DNA of 63,975 nucleotides, filler included, from Lenisia limosa (lineage: Eukaryota > Protista > Breviatea): NCBI GenBank assembly GCA_001655205.1. It is 13 parts of 13 records of this genome, joined end to end, with 100 filler letters (N's around TTAATTAATTAA, not from the genome) between each part and the next. Parts side by side here need not be neighbours in the genome. Positions count along the whole stretch, not along the records: positions 50,117 to 56,490 come from LPNZ01008885.1; positions 56,591 to 60,822 come from LPNZ01005793.1; positions 60,923 to 62,209 come from LPNZ01000774.1; positions 62,310 to 63,975 come from LPNZ01003544.1; 9 more parts are not named here. One strand, 5' to 3'. The notes beneath the pieces are model-generated. The model did no database searches and had not been told where the DNA came from. It saw only the letters and a list, made by a program, of their open reading frames with translations. The translations under genes were made by a program, and so were the position numbers. Below are positions 52,481 to 63,975 of this stretch, piece after piece; the first letter of the stretch is position 1; each line of letters opens with the position of its first letter.

Positions 52481-53196
52481 TATTCTATATAATTGTTTTA
52501 AACTCCTTGCTATCTGCTGCAAGTTGTGTTGTGTCATTGTGTCACAAATATTCCCAAAATGACACGCCACGTACGCGTTGGTTTATAAGATCGAATTTTT
52601 ATTTCTAGTCCTTTAAAGCTTGCCACTGCCATCTGCTAGTTTATTATCCAAACTAATATAGAGGTTAAGCAGGGAAGATAGGCTGCAGCTTGATCCAACT
52701 CAGCAGTCAGGTGAGATCAGATATCAGTCCTTGATCTTTGAAACTGAAGCCGCACCTGTTTAACAATACAATATTATTTATTCATAACGCCAAACATCCA
52801 CTATTGATGACCACCAGGATGCCTGAAGAAGCCGTTTGGACGGAGGTAACGCACTCTGAAAAGGTCGAGGTCATTAAAGCAACCGATTTTGGAAGACAAT
52901 GTTGGCCTGGGGTTGCTGCTTCCATGGTAAAACCCTAAATATAATTTAAAATTGTGTTTTTTGTTATGGAGGGAGCAATGAACTTGTGGTGTTTTGGAGG
53001 GAATGAAAGAACACCTTTCTCATTAGATATTTTACCTTCATATCCTGTGCACTTTCCAATGCTACAACAGTACATGTTACCATCAATACGACGTGAATTA
53101 CGCGAAACAGATACAATATACCCGCACTTCTTGTCTCATTCATTAAGAACTGTAAGCAAAACCCCTCTCTTCCATTCTCTCCTCACAGCCAATAGG

Positions 53197-56100
53197 TATC
53201 AATGAGTCGCTAGGCCTCGTGGTAGTTCCGAGTACAAAGGGAACGGTCTTGTTCGTTCCCCTTGAAAACAAGTAGGCACCGTGGTGGCTGGTGCTGATAT
53301 TTCATGAAGGGGGTACAAAATCATTTTAGTTCTGATACAATAGTGATATTGACAGTAATTTGAAAATATTGAGAGCAGTGTTCATGTTACTAATGGTTCA
53401 CCAGGACCTTAGACATTCCAAGTGATGAGAATGTATCTTCAAACAGGCCTTTTTGGACACTTCAGTCACCCTCCGGAGAGTATGTGGGACAATTTACACG
53501 GTTCCAATTACATGTACCATTGTGTATGTCAATTAACAAAGTCATCTTTTTTGACTATGCCTTGGCTTGTAATCCAAATTGGATTGTTTTTTTTTAAAAA
53601 AAAAGTGGTCTTCTTTTTGGAACAGCAGCCTTTTTAGTCCACACATAATACTCAAATGCCTTTTTAGTACACACATAGTACTCTAATGCTGTAGTCGAGT
53701 GACGTCACTGTCACTGCACCCGCATCTTCCTCTGCTGACCGTCGTGACAAGCCATTGTCTCGAGGTGTTCTACATCACTAAAACGGGAAATTGGAGGTTT
53801 GCCAATATGCGGGACCGATAAAGACTCCTTTGCCAATCTAACTAGGGCTTCACTTCAGTTCGAAAAACCTTTAAAATATCGATAGTTTTCGAGGATTTAT
53901 CGACTAATTTAGTCTTTGTTCGAACCTGAGTGAAGCCCCACTACTTTCTCTCTCCTATATATGGTGGTTACCCCGACATAGGAACACAAATACCTGTCGT
54001 TATCATAAATTACCAACCATGTAATTTGAATATAGTGACTATGAAAAGTTCCAAAACGGATATTGAGCTTTATCTTGAGTCAATCGTGTCAGGGCTTATA
54101 TCGGTCAGTGTATATATACCGCTATGTAATTTCAAATGACAAGCGCCCGCTACAAGACGATTGACCCCCCCCCCCCCNNNNNNNNNNNNNNNNNNNNNNN
54201 NNNNNNNNNNNNNNNNNNNNNNNNNNNNNNNNNNNNNNNNNNNNNNNNNNNNNNNNNNNNNNNNNNNNNNNNNNNNNNNNNNNNNNNNNNNNNNNNNNTC
54301 TATTTCAATCATGTCCAATGGAAGCGAGAACCGCCACCATTTGTTTTTATTCTGTATTTAAGCGCGATGTGTATGTAATTGTTTGTCTACCTGATTTTTC
54401 TTCCTAACTACACTGATATAAAATATTGTCATACAGTATTGATACATTCTAGAGTCAGCTTGATCAAATATGTATACTATGTACATGTTCTATATGAATA
54501 TATGTATATGTATATAGACCCTTTTTTTTGACAGTTAAGGCATCAACAAAAAGTGAGGTACACGTCCTTATGTACTCCTCCAGTGAACCGTCAAGCGTAA
54601 GGAAGAACTTTATCTTGCAACATGTAAGCTTCGGTAGTTTCTTGTTGACTTGGTTATAGGTGCCTCCCATTAAGGGTTATCAAAAAAGGCATATTATCTC
54701 AGCTAGTGTTGGACAAGAAACATATTGACTCGACTTGCCTTCTAAATACACCTGTCATCCCTTGAATACATTTTTTTTTCATTAGCATCATCTGCATTCA
54801 TATGACAACCAGGAAAAGTTTCTCTTTGACTGGCCTGTTGTCTCAATGGTGTGGAACTCCTCCCCGCTCAAGCTGCTCATGTATGTTTCTCTGATCCTGG
54901 TGATGCGAAAGACTACATTGTGTTTTAATAATGCGTTCTCAGTTACTTGGCATTGGTAACGGTTTTCTCCTCCTAGTATGTTTACTTTATATCGTATTCC
55001 ACCCTTCATCCACCTAAATTTCATGCTAGTACTTTAGCTCATTCCTACAGTGGAATGACTTGTCAACTTCAGCTGATCACCTGGCCTCTGGAGGGAATGT
55101 GGACTGAATTTGATGTTTGCATGGCATGGGCTTTTATTATTATTAAACTGTTTAAATTTGATACTCTCGTGAGGTTTCGGACTTATTCTTTGATTTTGTA
55201 GATAAATGACATTTTTGGATTTTCTTAATAGTATGTCATAATATTACCTAATATTACTACTATCTGACACCCACTTGGTGTATTTTTGGTTGTTAGCTGG
55301 CTCAACCCCCCCCCCTCCTTGGGCAATATATGTTATTATTTGTTTCCTAGATTTCTAATGTCTATTATTTCTCTTGTTCAAAAAATATATTGGTTCCATA
55401 GTATCACTTGTTATTATCACAGTTTTGAGCTCACTATCTCAGGTCTCAAATGCGACCAAATTGACCCAAAAGCCGATATCTATGGTCTCAGTTCAAGATA
55501 ATGGGCTGAGTTTGAAGGTAAGCTGTGGCTTATTACCTTTATGAAACCCATTTTATGTTTCCTAAGCTCTTTCAAAGAGGCTAATTTCATTGATTGCACA
55601 TTATTCATCTGACGACTTAGGCTGACTTTGTTGTGGGTCTAGAGGGAAACGTTTCACTCAAAGGAAGCAGCAGGTCTTATTCTTCACCAAACCAAATGTT
55701 TAGAGAGTTTGTGGGTTTGGTTTTTAAATTTGTTTGGTTTATACTAGGAAAACTCAACAAAACACAATAAAACCCCCAATGAGGTGAAGTAGCAATGAAC
55801 AAAAGATTCGCTGCTCTTTTGCAAATAATATGATGAATCATCGTTTTTGTATTTAACCTCGGGCTTGCGTCTATTGCCACTTACCTTGAACCAGACTTTG
55901 CTTGATTTCTAATGCCACTATTGCTGACAGTTTAGTGGCGACCAGGATGTGTATATGACGGAACACATTCCGGAAGTTGACCTCACAACCACCCACTTGG
56001 TAGGAGGAATGGAAGGGGCAATTCTATTTCCTAATGTGGTTATAAGTACTGGATCCTCAATAAACACTATCAATAGTGATAATGTTTTTCAGACCGAATT

Positions 56101-56396
56101 GATTCCAAGTGCTCACAGTTTTAGGAAGGCGAAGACGGCATTGTCGACCTGAGAGGGGTCATTGGCAGGATTGAAAATGACGTAGGAGGAGTTCATCATC
56201 TTTTAATGATTTTGTTTGATACGTCATATTCTCTCAGAGAGCAATTTCGCTGTTAAAAAAAAGGCCCAGCTCTTATAATGTCCTAGTCTATCTTTGCATG
56301 AACTGTTTCATTAGTGACTTTTTAGGACACCAAGAGAACGGGAGAACTCAAAACATTCATCCAAGCAAAAAGAAAGATTGATGATGTTGAAGTGAG
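53197..56396 (+). CDS. WD40/beta-propeller-like protein, partial
   Basis: Exons LGLVVVPSTKGTVLFVPLE, RVTSLSLHPHLPLLTVVT and FLFDWPVVSMVWNSSPLKLLIG, with plus-strand splice sites. Confidence 0.5.
53843..53940. mobile_element. MITE family A, full copy
   Basis: TAGGGCTTCACTTCAGTTCGAAAA ... TTCGAACCTGAGTGAAGCCCCA. Confidence 0.85.
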
Positions 56397-56599
56397 TGGC
56401 TGATGGTATTACATCATATACTGTATGATATGATATCACACCGTCCATATATCTGTGAATTTTCCTCTATCTGTGAAAACAAGCCAAATGNNNNNNNNNN
56501 NNNNNNNNNNNNNNNNNNNNNNNNNNNNNNNNNNTTAATTAATTAANNNNNNNNNNNNNNNNNNNNNNNNNNNNNNNNNNNNNNNNNNNNCAGTCGCTT

Positions 56600-58247
56600 C
56601 TGCAGCACCGCATCCCATCACTCCAAATTTAAATGTAACAAAAAAAAAGCCCATAAGCAACTCTGTTATCTGACACCACTCAAGGGCTGAGAACAGCAAA
56701 AAAAAATCAGATATAATCAAAAATTGGAAATCTATATTTTATTGACAAAATGTTGGGACACTTCCAACCTTTCATCATTCTTTCTGTTGACGACGCCAGT
56801 TAGGATGTAGTCAACTTTCAACTCGTCAGCTTTCGCAATGATTGTGTCCCCAAAAGACTAAAAACAATCATGATCCTGTTTTAGAGGGGAGCTCGTTTAC
56901 TCGATACATGTTAGTTTTAAAAAAAGACACTGGTAATAACGCTTATAATTTGGAAATTGACTCACTGTACTAAGGTCCTATAAATTTCATTTTCATAATA
57001 GCACTCAATCATTTCCATTTCAAAGATACATAGTACGCTTAACTTACCTTCCCATTGGACTCTGCTGATATGAGCTTCACCTTTTCAACTATCTAGAATG
57101 TCAATCAACGGTTGAAATCCTTTGCTATATCGATATCGTGTACTTTCATAAACGCACTTATTTTAAACATCTAGTATTGGACTGGTTTGATTATTTTGTA
57201 ATGTGTCGGCAACAAATAGGGAGAAAGGATCTCAAAGAGCCCCACTAGAGCTTCGGTCCAAAAAGAATAAACTTCTAATTGAATAAACAATTAATGACAC
57301 AGAGACCTAGTAAACAATCCTAATCATACCTGGTGTGCTTGTACGCTCATATCACAATGCCCCAGTTGGACTTTGGAGTGACTTGAAGCATCAAAATCCA
57401 GCCCCTGCGATGTGGTTATTTTAAGACATTTTGGTTCTTCAATGTGATAATAAATGTTTAAAAACTTAAAGTGAAAAAATTCAACCCATTTAATTCGACC
57501 CTTTTCCAAATTAGCAATTATTCAAAGTAAAAACTTCACCAACAAAAAAGTTCAAAATTTGTCAACATTTCGATGATGTGATAAGTCATGCAGATTTTTT
57601 AATATTATTTGGGCTAGAGGGGGGGGGGGTACAAAAACAAAANNNNNNNNNNNNNNNNNNNNNNNNNNNNNNNNNNNNNNNNNNNNNNNNNNNNGGCCCA
57701 CCCACCACAACAGCCACACAGTACATGTGGTCTATCAATCCCTTCTGTATGCCGGCTATCCCATGCTCTGAACAGGATTAGAAGAAAGGAACAAAGCGAG
57801 GGGTATGGAGCTTCACTTCTTGATTTACCAAATTGTCATATGTAGGGCTTCACTTCGGTTCGAAAAATACTGGTAAAATATCAATAGTTTTCGAGGATTT
57901 TTCGATAAATTCAGTCTTTTTTCGAACCGAAGTGAATCCCTAGTCATAAGAAATACAATAAGTGCTTTACATCTATGACGATGGGATGATGGGGTGTGTA
58001 TGGCTTCTACACATTAAGTTTAAAAGTCTGTTAATTATATTTTTAAAATCTTCCTAAGCTTGGGCAAGAAGAAAACAGGGGTTTTCTAGAGATATACCTC
58101 TTCATCAACCCCCTGGATATTATGAAGAAAAACAAAAACAAGAACCTAAAACGAGAAACAAGCGAAAGCCGTCATCACCCTCTGCCACTAACCGAAAGCG
58201 CGCAGAGAACCTTCGCCTCCGTCAATTGAACAGAGAACTCTGATCAT
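56600..58247 (-). CDS. Universal stress protein (USP) domain protein
   Basis: N-terminus MIRVLCSIDGGEGSLRAF (USP pattern ILVAVDGS..S..A) and later exon FGDTIIAKADELKVDYILTG (pattern I...A.E...DLIVMG). Confidence 0.7.
57843..57942. mobile_element. MITE family A, near-perfect copy with 8-bp TSD
   Basis: GTCATATG | TAGGGCTTCACTTCGGTTCGAAAA ... TTTTCGAACCGAAGTGAATCCCTA | GTCATAAG (7 of 8). Confidence 0.92.
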
Positions 58248-58553
58248 TTCAAAACGAGACGCCGCTTCAACTATTTATATGCAATTGGATGAAGGAACTA
58301 GAGAGATCAAAGAGGATAAGGAAAATGGGGAAGGAGAGGACGTGTTAACTTTCTAGCTATGTAATGAAATTCTCTAATACGTACTTTAAAAATTAACCTA
58401 GAGAAAGGGCGAAAGAGCTACTAGAAAATTTGGTGAAAAGGCCAATTTCGCCGCCGCAAGCCGATTTGGGCATCCGATTTTTTTCTCAAAAATCATAGAT
58501 TAAACAATTGCAATAAGGTTTATATGTACAATAGATAGTAATACGAGATAAGG

Positions 58554-60241
58554 ATGGCCTCAACAACTCCAAATGCCAACTTCCAAACCTTTAAANNNNN
58601 NNNNNNNNNNNNNNNNNNNNNNCGTTCTTCTGGGCGCAATGGGCACTGGAAAGGTTGGGAATATATAAATAAAGACTACTCGTTGACCATTCAGACGTGT
58701 TTAACAGTTCGTTTTGTTGAAGACTCATTCAGAGACCTTCATCAGCCAACTGTCGGAGGTGGGCATTACCTGCAATGTAATTCGCTCTTCAGCGGTCTTC
58801 TTCTCGAAGTCGGTGACAAACAAGGCGGGAAAGAAGGTCGTTTTACAGATATGGGACACAGCTGGACAAGAGAGATTCCAATCGTATGCGTGAAAGTACT
58901 TTGATTATTCGAGAGTAGCAGCCCCAGTCTGAATAACATTCGTCTCAAACGTATTTGTCTTTCTAACAGAATCTTAAGTCAGATATTGCTTCTTCATTTT
59001 TCGCGTTGGGTTTTGCAATCGACAAAATGTCCACTCTGTCATCTTCACTTTGCTCTCACAATTCTTTTCTTGTCATTCTTCTCAACACCATTACTACATC
59101 TTAGGGTCTTAGAGTCTATTGTTATGGATTTGGATTGTGTTAGTTTGTTGGGAATTATTTGCACAACTTGGCAGATAGGGATACCATGTTATGTCTGCAT
59201 TCTGAGCATTTTGAGTCCGTTTTTTTACAGATGATAAACTTCTCGGACAATTATGGTTTTCAAATTACTGAAGTGAAGTTTTTTATAAACTGATCTCAAA
59301 ATCTCCTTTTTTTGAGATCAGATTTGTCTGAAAACTATTTTGAACTGTACTATATATTTGGTTGGGTGAACTGTCTGCTACTGTATATCATGTCTTACAG
59401 TTAGGGCTTCCCTACGGTTCCAATAAAGACTATTTCTCGATAAATCCTTGATAAATATCGATATTTTAACGGTCTTTTTCGGACCTTAGGGAAACCCTAC
59501 TTATAGCACTTATCATATTCTAAATGTGTTTGGGTTTGAGCCAGATTTGATCGATAATCCTTGTACCGTTTGATTCCTTGTCCATTTCTGCCATCAACTC
59601 TTAGTCTTGTTTATTTTGTTGTTCTCAACCCTCGTGTGTTTCTTAAGTGTTTTGCCGTCTTTTTTTGTTGTTTCATAAATTTTCCATTTTGACATACCTT
59701 GCAGACTAGCACCCATGTACTACCGAAATGCTGAGGGAGCGATCGTTACTTTCGACCTCGGAGATGCGGTAAGGAGGTAGTTACGTTGAGGCCCTCGCTC
59801 CAGAAAAAAACTATATTTCTCATAAATCATCGATATATTATCTATGAATTTCGATAGTTTAGCGATCTTTTTCGAGAGTGAAGCCCTATGGGCAACCAAT
59901 AAGTGTGCAGGCTACAACAATGTCGACGCCAAAATACGTGCTTGCCCCATATGAAACAGAAACGCTCATGAATAATTGACCGAAGGGAATATATAACATG
60001 TATTATTGATTTATTGAAGATTACATACAAGAGGACATACCCAGATTGGAACTTCTATATCCTCCCCCAACTCTATCCAGGAGAGCTAAAACCTATAACA
60101 TGCAGTTTCTAACATTTCAGGAGAGTTTTAACAGGGCCCGGCTATGGATTGCGGAGCTGAAGGCAAGAGCCAGTGTGGATTGTTCCATTGTTCTGGCCGG
60201 GACAAAATGTGACATGGAAGCACGAAGTGTGAGTCGAAGTG
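58554..60241 (+). CDS. Rab GTPase, Rab5/21/22-related, 3' partial
   Basis: [56 protein letters not shown] and LAGTKCD across in-phase exons. Confidence 0.9.
59402..59499. mobile_element. MITE family A, CCTACGG subfamily, in a Rab intron
   Basis: CTTACAGT | TAGGGCTTCCCTACGGTTCC ... GGACCTTAGGGAAACCCTA | CTTATAGC (6 of 8). More degenerate copies lie at ~59790-59888 and ~60420-60506. Confidence 0.85.
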
Positions 60242-60997
60242 TAGGCGGGTTGGTGCTTTATTCTCTTATTATCTTTTCTGCAAATACATATGTTTTTTAT
60301 ATGTCATATAGTATATAATATATTATCCACCAAAAATTTGTTTTGATTGCTTGATTTGTTTATGCTGACAGTTTCCATGCACATATATCATCTGAGATGT
60401 ATATGATATATGTATTTACCAAGGTTTCCCTACGGCTTGAATTGCTCGATACTTAACGAGGATTAATCGAGAGAAACAATTTTTTGGGGTCGAAGGGAAT
60501 CCATATGTAGTAAGTATAAAACCTCACTTTGTTTCTTTAAAGATCAAATGTTTGGTATCCCATGACTGTGGTAGTTTTGACCGATTTGGTGATAATAACT
60601 TAGTGATGTTTAGTGATAAAAATAATGGTCGTAAAAATATTCATTGTTATAGAAAATCCAAGCGCTTCAAGACGAATATGGGCTTGAGTACTTTGAAACG
60701 TCTTCAAAGACCAGTCACAACGTCAAGGAAGTGTTTGACTCACTAGGTTCGTTTCCCTTGTCACAACAACCTCATTTTTGTACATTGTAATTGGATGATC
60801 TGAATAATTATAATCTCTTTTTNNNNNNNNNNNNNNNNNNNNNNNNNNNNNNNNNNNNNNNNNNNNTTAATTAATTAANNNNNNNNNNNNNNNNNNNNNN
60901 NNNNNNNNNNNNNNNNNNNNNNACAGTTCAGGTAGTATATTGATTGCAGAGTTTGACTTATTTGGTATTTGATGTTATAGGGAGCAATCATTCCTTT

Positions 60998-62081
60998 TGT
61001 TCCCAGTTGTCACGGTGGTAGTTCTCAGTTTCGCTTTAGCTGTGCCTTGTAGTGCCTGTGGGTCCTACTGCTTTGTTGACAAATATTCCCAAGAATAGGC
61101 ATCTAGTTTTGCTGTTGTCCAAATCCCCCTCATTATTCATTGTCTCACTATGTAGCTGGTTTCTGTCGGGTTGTTCTTGCATTCCTCGTGATTTGCACCA
61201 CTGTTCTGTCTTTCACCCCCCTCATGATGGTGGTAAGTGGGCTATACCATTCCCCGTCCTTCTCTGAATAATACTTGGTGCAATTTGAACAAAAGTGTAT
61301 TGGGTTGGGTGCATTATTTTCTCTAATTTCTCCAAATTCCTTGACAGTATTCAGGAAACCCGAACGCCCACCGAAATGGGCCCCTCAGTTGAGCTTGTCA
61401 CGATATCCGCACTTTCTTACGATCAGCAAATCACCACCTCATATCCAGGGCAGCCAAGTTCTGATACTCAGGTGGGGGGGATTATTGTTATTATTAATTT
61501 TATTATTAATTTTTAATTTTTTTTAATTTTTTTTTTCCTCCACAATTTGAGAACACCAAGTTACTCGATTTAGTTTAAGGTGAACTCATCGTCGTTCCCA
61601 ACATATCTTCGGTACATTTGCATCGCTTTTGCTGTCGAACACGGTATGGGGTAACCACCAGTCGCTAACCTCCTTTTTCTGCCATTATTGCTCTTGTATC
61701 CAATTCTTTTGCTATCCATATCCCCCTCCCCTGTTGTTCACGCTCCAGTCTTAACAGCTATTTGTGCTACTATTGCGTTGATTGCGTCAACGCCACGCTA
61801 CGTCATCTTAGCGTTTTGCATCATCTTGGCAGTGGCTAGCAATGCGATGTTCTTCCTTTGCCTCCCGGGTGCTCTTGAGGTAAGGGGAAGGGGTCTTGGG
61901 AACTTTTATTGTTAGGGTTGGAAGGGTACGCACACTATAGAATTTGGAGAAGAAAGCAGCTTATATTTTCTATGTGTACCCCAAATAATCTAGCTAAACT
62001 AACGGTTTAGAGTGCTGGTTTGGGACCAAAGGGGCTCCATCTCTCATCGTTCCTTTATGCTCACAAAGGACACGATCAGGT
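60998..62081 (+). CDS. Multi-pass membrane protein of unknown family, partial
   Basis: Hydrophobic exons VVTVVVLSFALAVPC, RVVLAFLVICTTVLSFTPLMMV and LTAICATIALIASTPRYVILAFCIILAVASNAMFFLCL. Confidence 0.55.
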
Positions 62082-62349
62082 TGGTATAGCTGCAATACTG
62101 TTTTTATCATCGTCGTTTAAGATCGTGATGGGTAACCAGTCCCAACCTATCATTATTTCCTATTGTTGTTGATTATTAACAAAAGTTGTTTTTTTTTTTT
62201 TTTTTTTTTNNNNNNNNNNNNNNNNNNNNNNNNNNNNNNNNNNNNNNNNNNNNTTAATTAATTAANNNNNNNNNNNNNNNNNNNNNNNNNNNNNNNNNNN
62301 NNNNNNNNNTATATGTATATATACAGATATACATAGCACAAAACATAGC

Positions 62350-63470
62350 CTCCTTACCTGGCGATGTACCCCGAGGGCATGAGACGTTTTCAGCGGATAG
62401 TCCGTTTCAATTCTGGGAAGTTAAGAAAACCAGAATTCCAAGGTTGGGAAGAAAAGAAACAGATATGAAAAGCAGGAAAAATCGGAAATTTAGGGCTAAG
62501 AAGTAGGAAAACAATAAAAATTCAAAGGGAAAAAAGTATAGATGCGATACACCCCCCACGCAAAACAACCTCGACGCGCCCACGTCAAGCTGTCAGGAAT
62601 CTGCAGAGATCAGGGTATTACGGCGGGGAGGGTGGGGGTATAATTGGAAAATGTATGAAACAAANNNNNNNNNNNNNNNNNNNNNNNNNNNNNNNNNNNN
62701 NNNNNNNNNNNNNNNNNNNNNNNNNNNNNNNNNNNNNNNNNNNNNNNNNNNNNNNNNNNNNNNNNNNNNNNNNNNNNNNNNNNNNNNNNNNNNNNNNNNN
62801 NNNACTCAGGGGCGGGGGTATGAGGGTGCGTCAAACGATTAAGAATCTGAAGAGATACGCTATAGTATAAAGGGCTACACATGGTTCGCAGAAGAGTAAA
62901 ACATCGATAGTTTTCTAGGATTTATCGAGAAATTCACTCTTTTTTTCGAACCGAAGTGAAGCCCTAGTGGTTATACCGTGAAATTACTACATGTTGCATT
63001 AGCCTATACATATTCTCCCCTCCCTAATCTATTTAATACTAACAATAATCCACCCAACACAAACAAAACAAAAAAAAAATTCTAAAAAATAATCAACAAT
63101 GACCCCACCATCTCCTGAGTGTTGACAGTGAAAACGTCCACGTTAAGGCTAGTGGTCAGGGTCAGATAGGTGAGGACGGTGTAGTCGGCAGGGCTCACTG
63201 CAGGGTGAGAGAACCGTCTTTGTGAACTCGGATTATTACAAGAACTCTCCCCCATTCAAATTAACCAATTCCGTCACCAACAACATCATCATCATTATCA
63301 TCATCATCACCACCATCATCATCATTATCACCATCATCATCACCATCACCACCACTACCACAACCACCAACATCCCCCCACTTAGAACAGCCTCAATACG
63401 AGGGTCTCGAGAGGATACAGACAGGGCAGTTGAGGGGGATGCGAATGGCCAAAATCGGGCATGAGGGTCA
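62350..63470 (-). CDS. Multi-exon gene of unknown function, partial
   Basis: Exons VDPHARFWPFASPSTALSVSSRDPRIEAVL and VSPADYTVLTYLTLTTSLNVDVFTVNTQEM, with GT-AG sites. Confidence 0.4.
62870..62966. mobile_element. MITE family A copy
   Basis: AAGGGCTACACATGGTTCG ... TTTTCGAACCGAAGTGAAGCCCTA, with the internal GGATTTATCGAG core. Confidence 0.8.
63275..63375. repeat. Imperfect (CAT/CAC)n microsatellite, intronic
   Basis: About 30 mixed ATC/ACC triplets. Confidence 0.9.
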
Positions 63471-63975
63471 ACTGAAAGGGGGAGGGGTGGTAAAAATGGA
63501 AAATTTATACAATAAAGGGGGGGGATAAAATATTGCTTTTGTATCTGGAAACAAAAGAGAGCAACAAGTCCCCCCTCCTCACTTGCCGATATTACTTCAA
63601 TTTCGCTTTGTATTTCACCAACTTCATACTAAAATGTGTTAACAAAGAAAATAATTAATCGGGAATGTAATTAAAGGAAACTTTTTTCATGACAATGTGT
63701 TCACAAAAAAAATAAAATCGGTGTACTTAATTGGGCTGGTAATGTATCACTGTGACAAAAGGAAAAAATCTAACAACAACAGCTAAACGCTATAAAAAAA
63801 ACCAATTGCGAAAGCAATTGCTCATTGTAAACAAAGAAAAAGAAACAGTTTTTAATTAATGAGCGCCATTTCAGAATTGAAGTGAGCCATATGAATAATA
63901 TCATATGGAATAAAATACGCAAGTTCCAAAATACCCCCCACCCCCCACCCACCTTCATCATATGGGAGACGCCAA

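Larger units (their letters stand above)
12980..62265. other. Artificial scaffold-joining linkers (N~45-TTAATTAATTAA-N~45), 12 copies
   Basis: The identical 12-mer, with stops in all six frames, sits inside N runs at 12980, 19536, 22562, 30223, 32322, 35768, 39679, 43809, 50061, 56535, 60867 and 62254. Confidence 0.97.

Noticed and set aside
59401-59406. TTAGGG as telomeric sequence
   Set aside because: Single occurrences that are MITE termini, not tandem arrays.
12980-62265. TTAATTAATTAA recurring 12 times as a biological repeat or PacI-site array
   Set aside because: It is always centred in N padding and has stops in all six frames, so it is a scaffold-joining linker. Cross-linker gene neighbourhoods were therefore not interpreted.
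3060-63975. ORF-track entries containing X runs or LIN/stop from linkers
   Set aside because: They stay open only because of N bases.
1-63975. Alternative genetic code
   Set aside because: Conserved exons contain no in-frame TAA/TAG/TGA. TAG (first gene, NOP14) and TAA (ADAL) sit at plausible C-termini.

Overview
This is eukaryotic, intron-dense genomic DNA, not a prokaryotic locus. The window is an artificial concatenation of 13 short scaffolds joined by N-TTAATTAATTAA-N linkers, so neighbourhood across linkers means nothing. The six-frame ORF track is mostly uninformative, and I assembled the genes below by hand from GT-AG-bounded exons. Recognisable genes: a TFIIIC tau55/GTF3C6-like gene, MGAT2 (GnT-II), a large secreted protein with filamin/Ig-like and GCC2/GCC3 Cys-rich repeats, a LamG-domain gene, ADAL-type deaminase, NOP14, a formin, an axonemal outer-arm-type dynein heavy chain (so probably a flagellated organism), a USP-domain gene, a Rab5-family GTPase, and a WD40-like gene. 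The introns carry two hAT-type MITE families (TAGGG ends, 8-bp TSDs) and a third ~100-bp repeat with a UUCG hairpin that is almost always sense to the host gene. Best leads: (1) a 4CL/luciferase-like adenylation domain that has lost its catalytic motifs and has FN3 repeats in place of its C-terminal subdomain; (2) the strand-biased intronic repeat; (3) a TIR-bounded element carrying a spliced cargo gene; (4) an intron pattern of 5' G-runs and 3' C-runs. All protein assignments come from motif recognition by eye; no database search was run.
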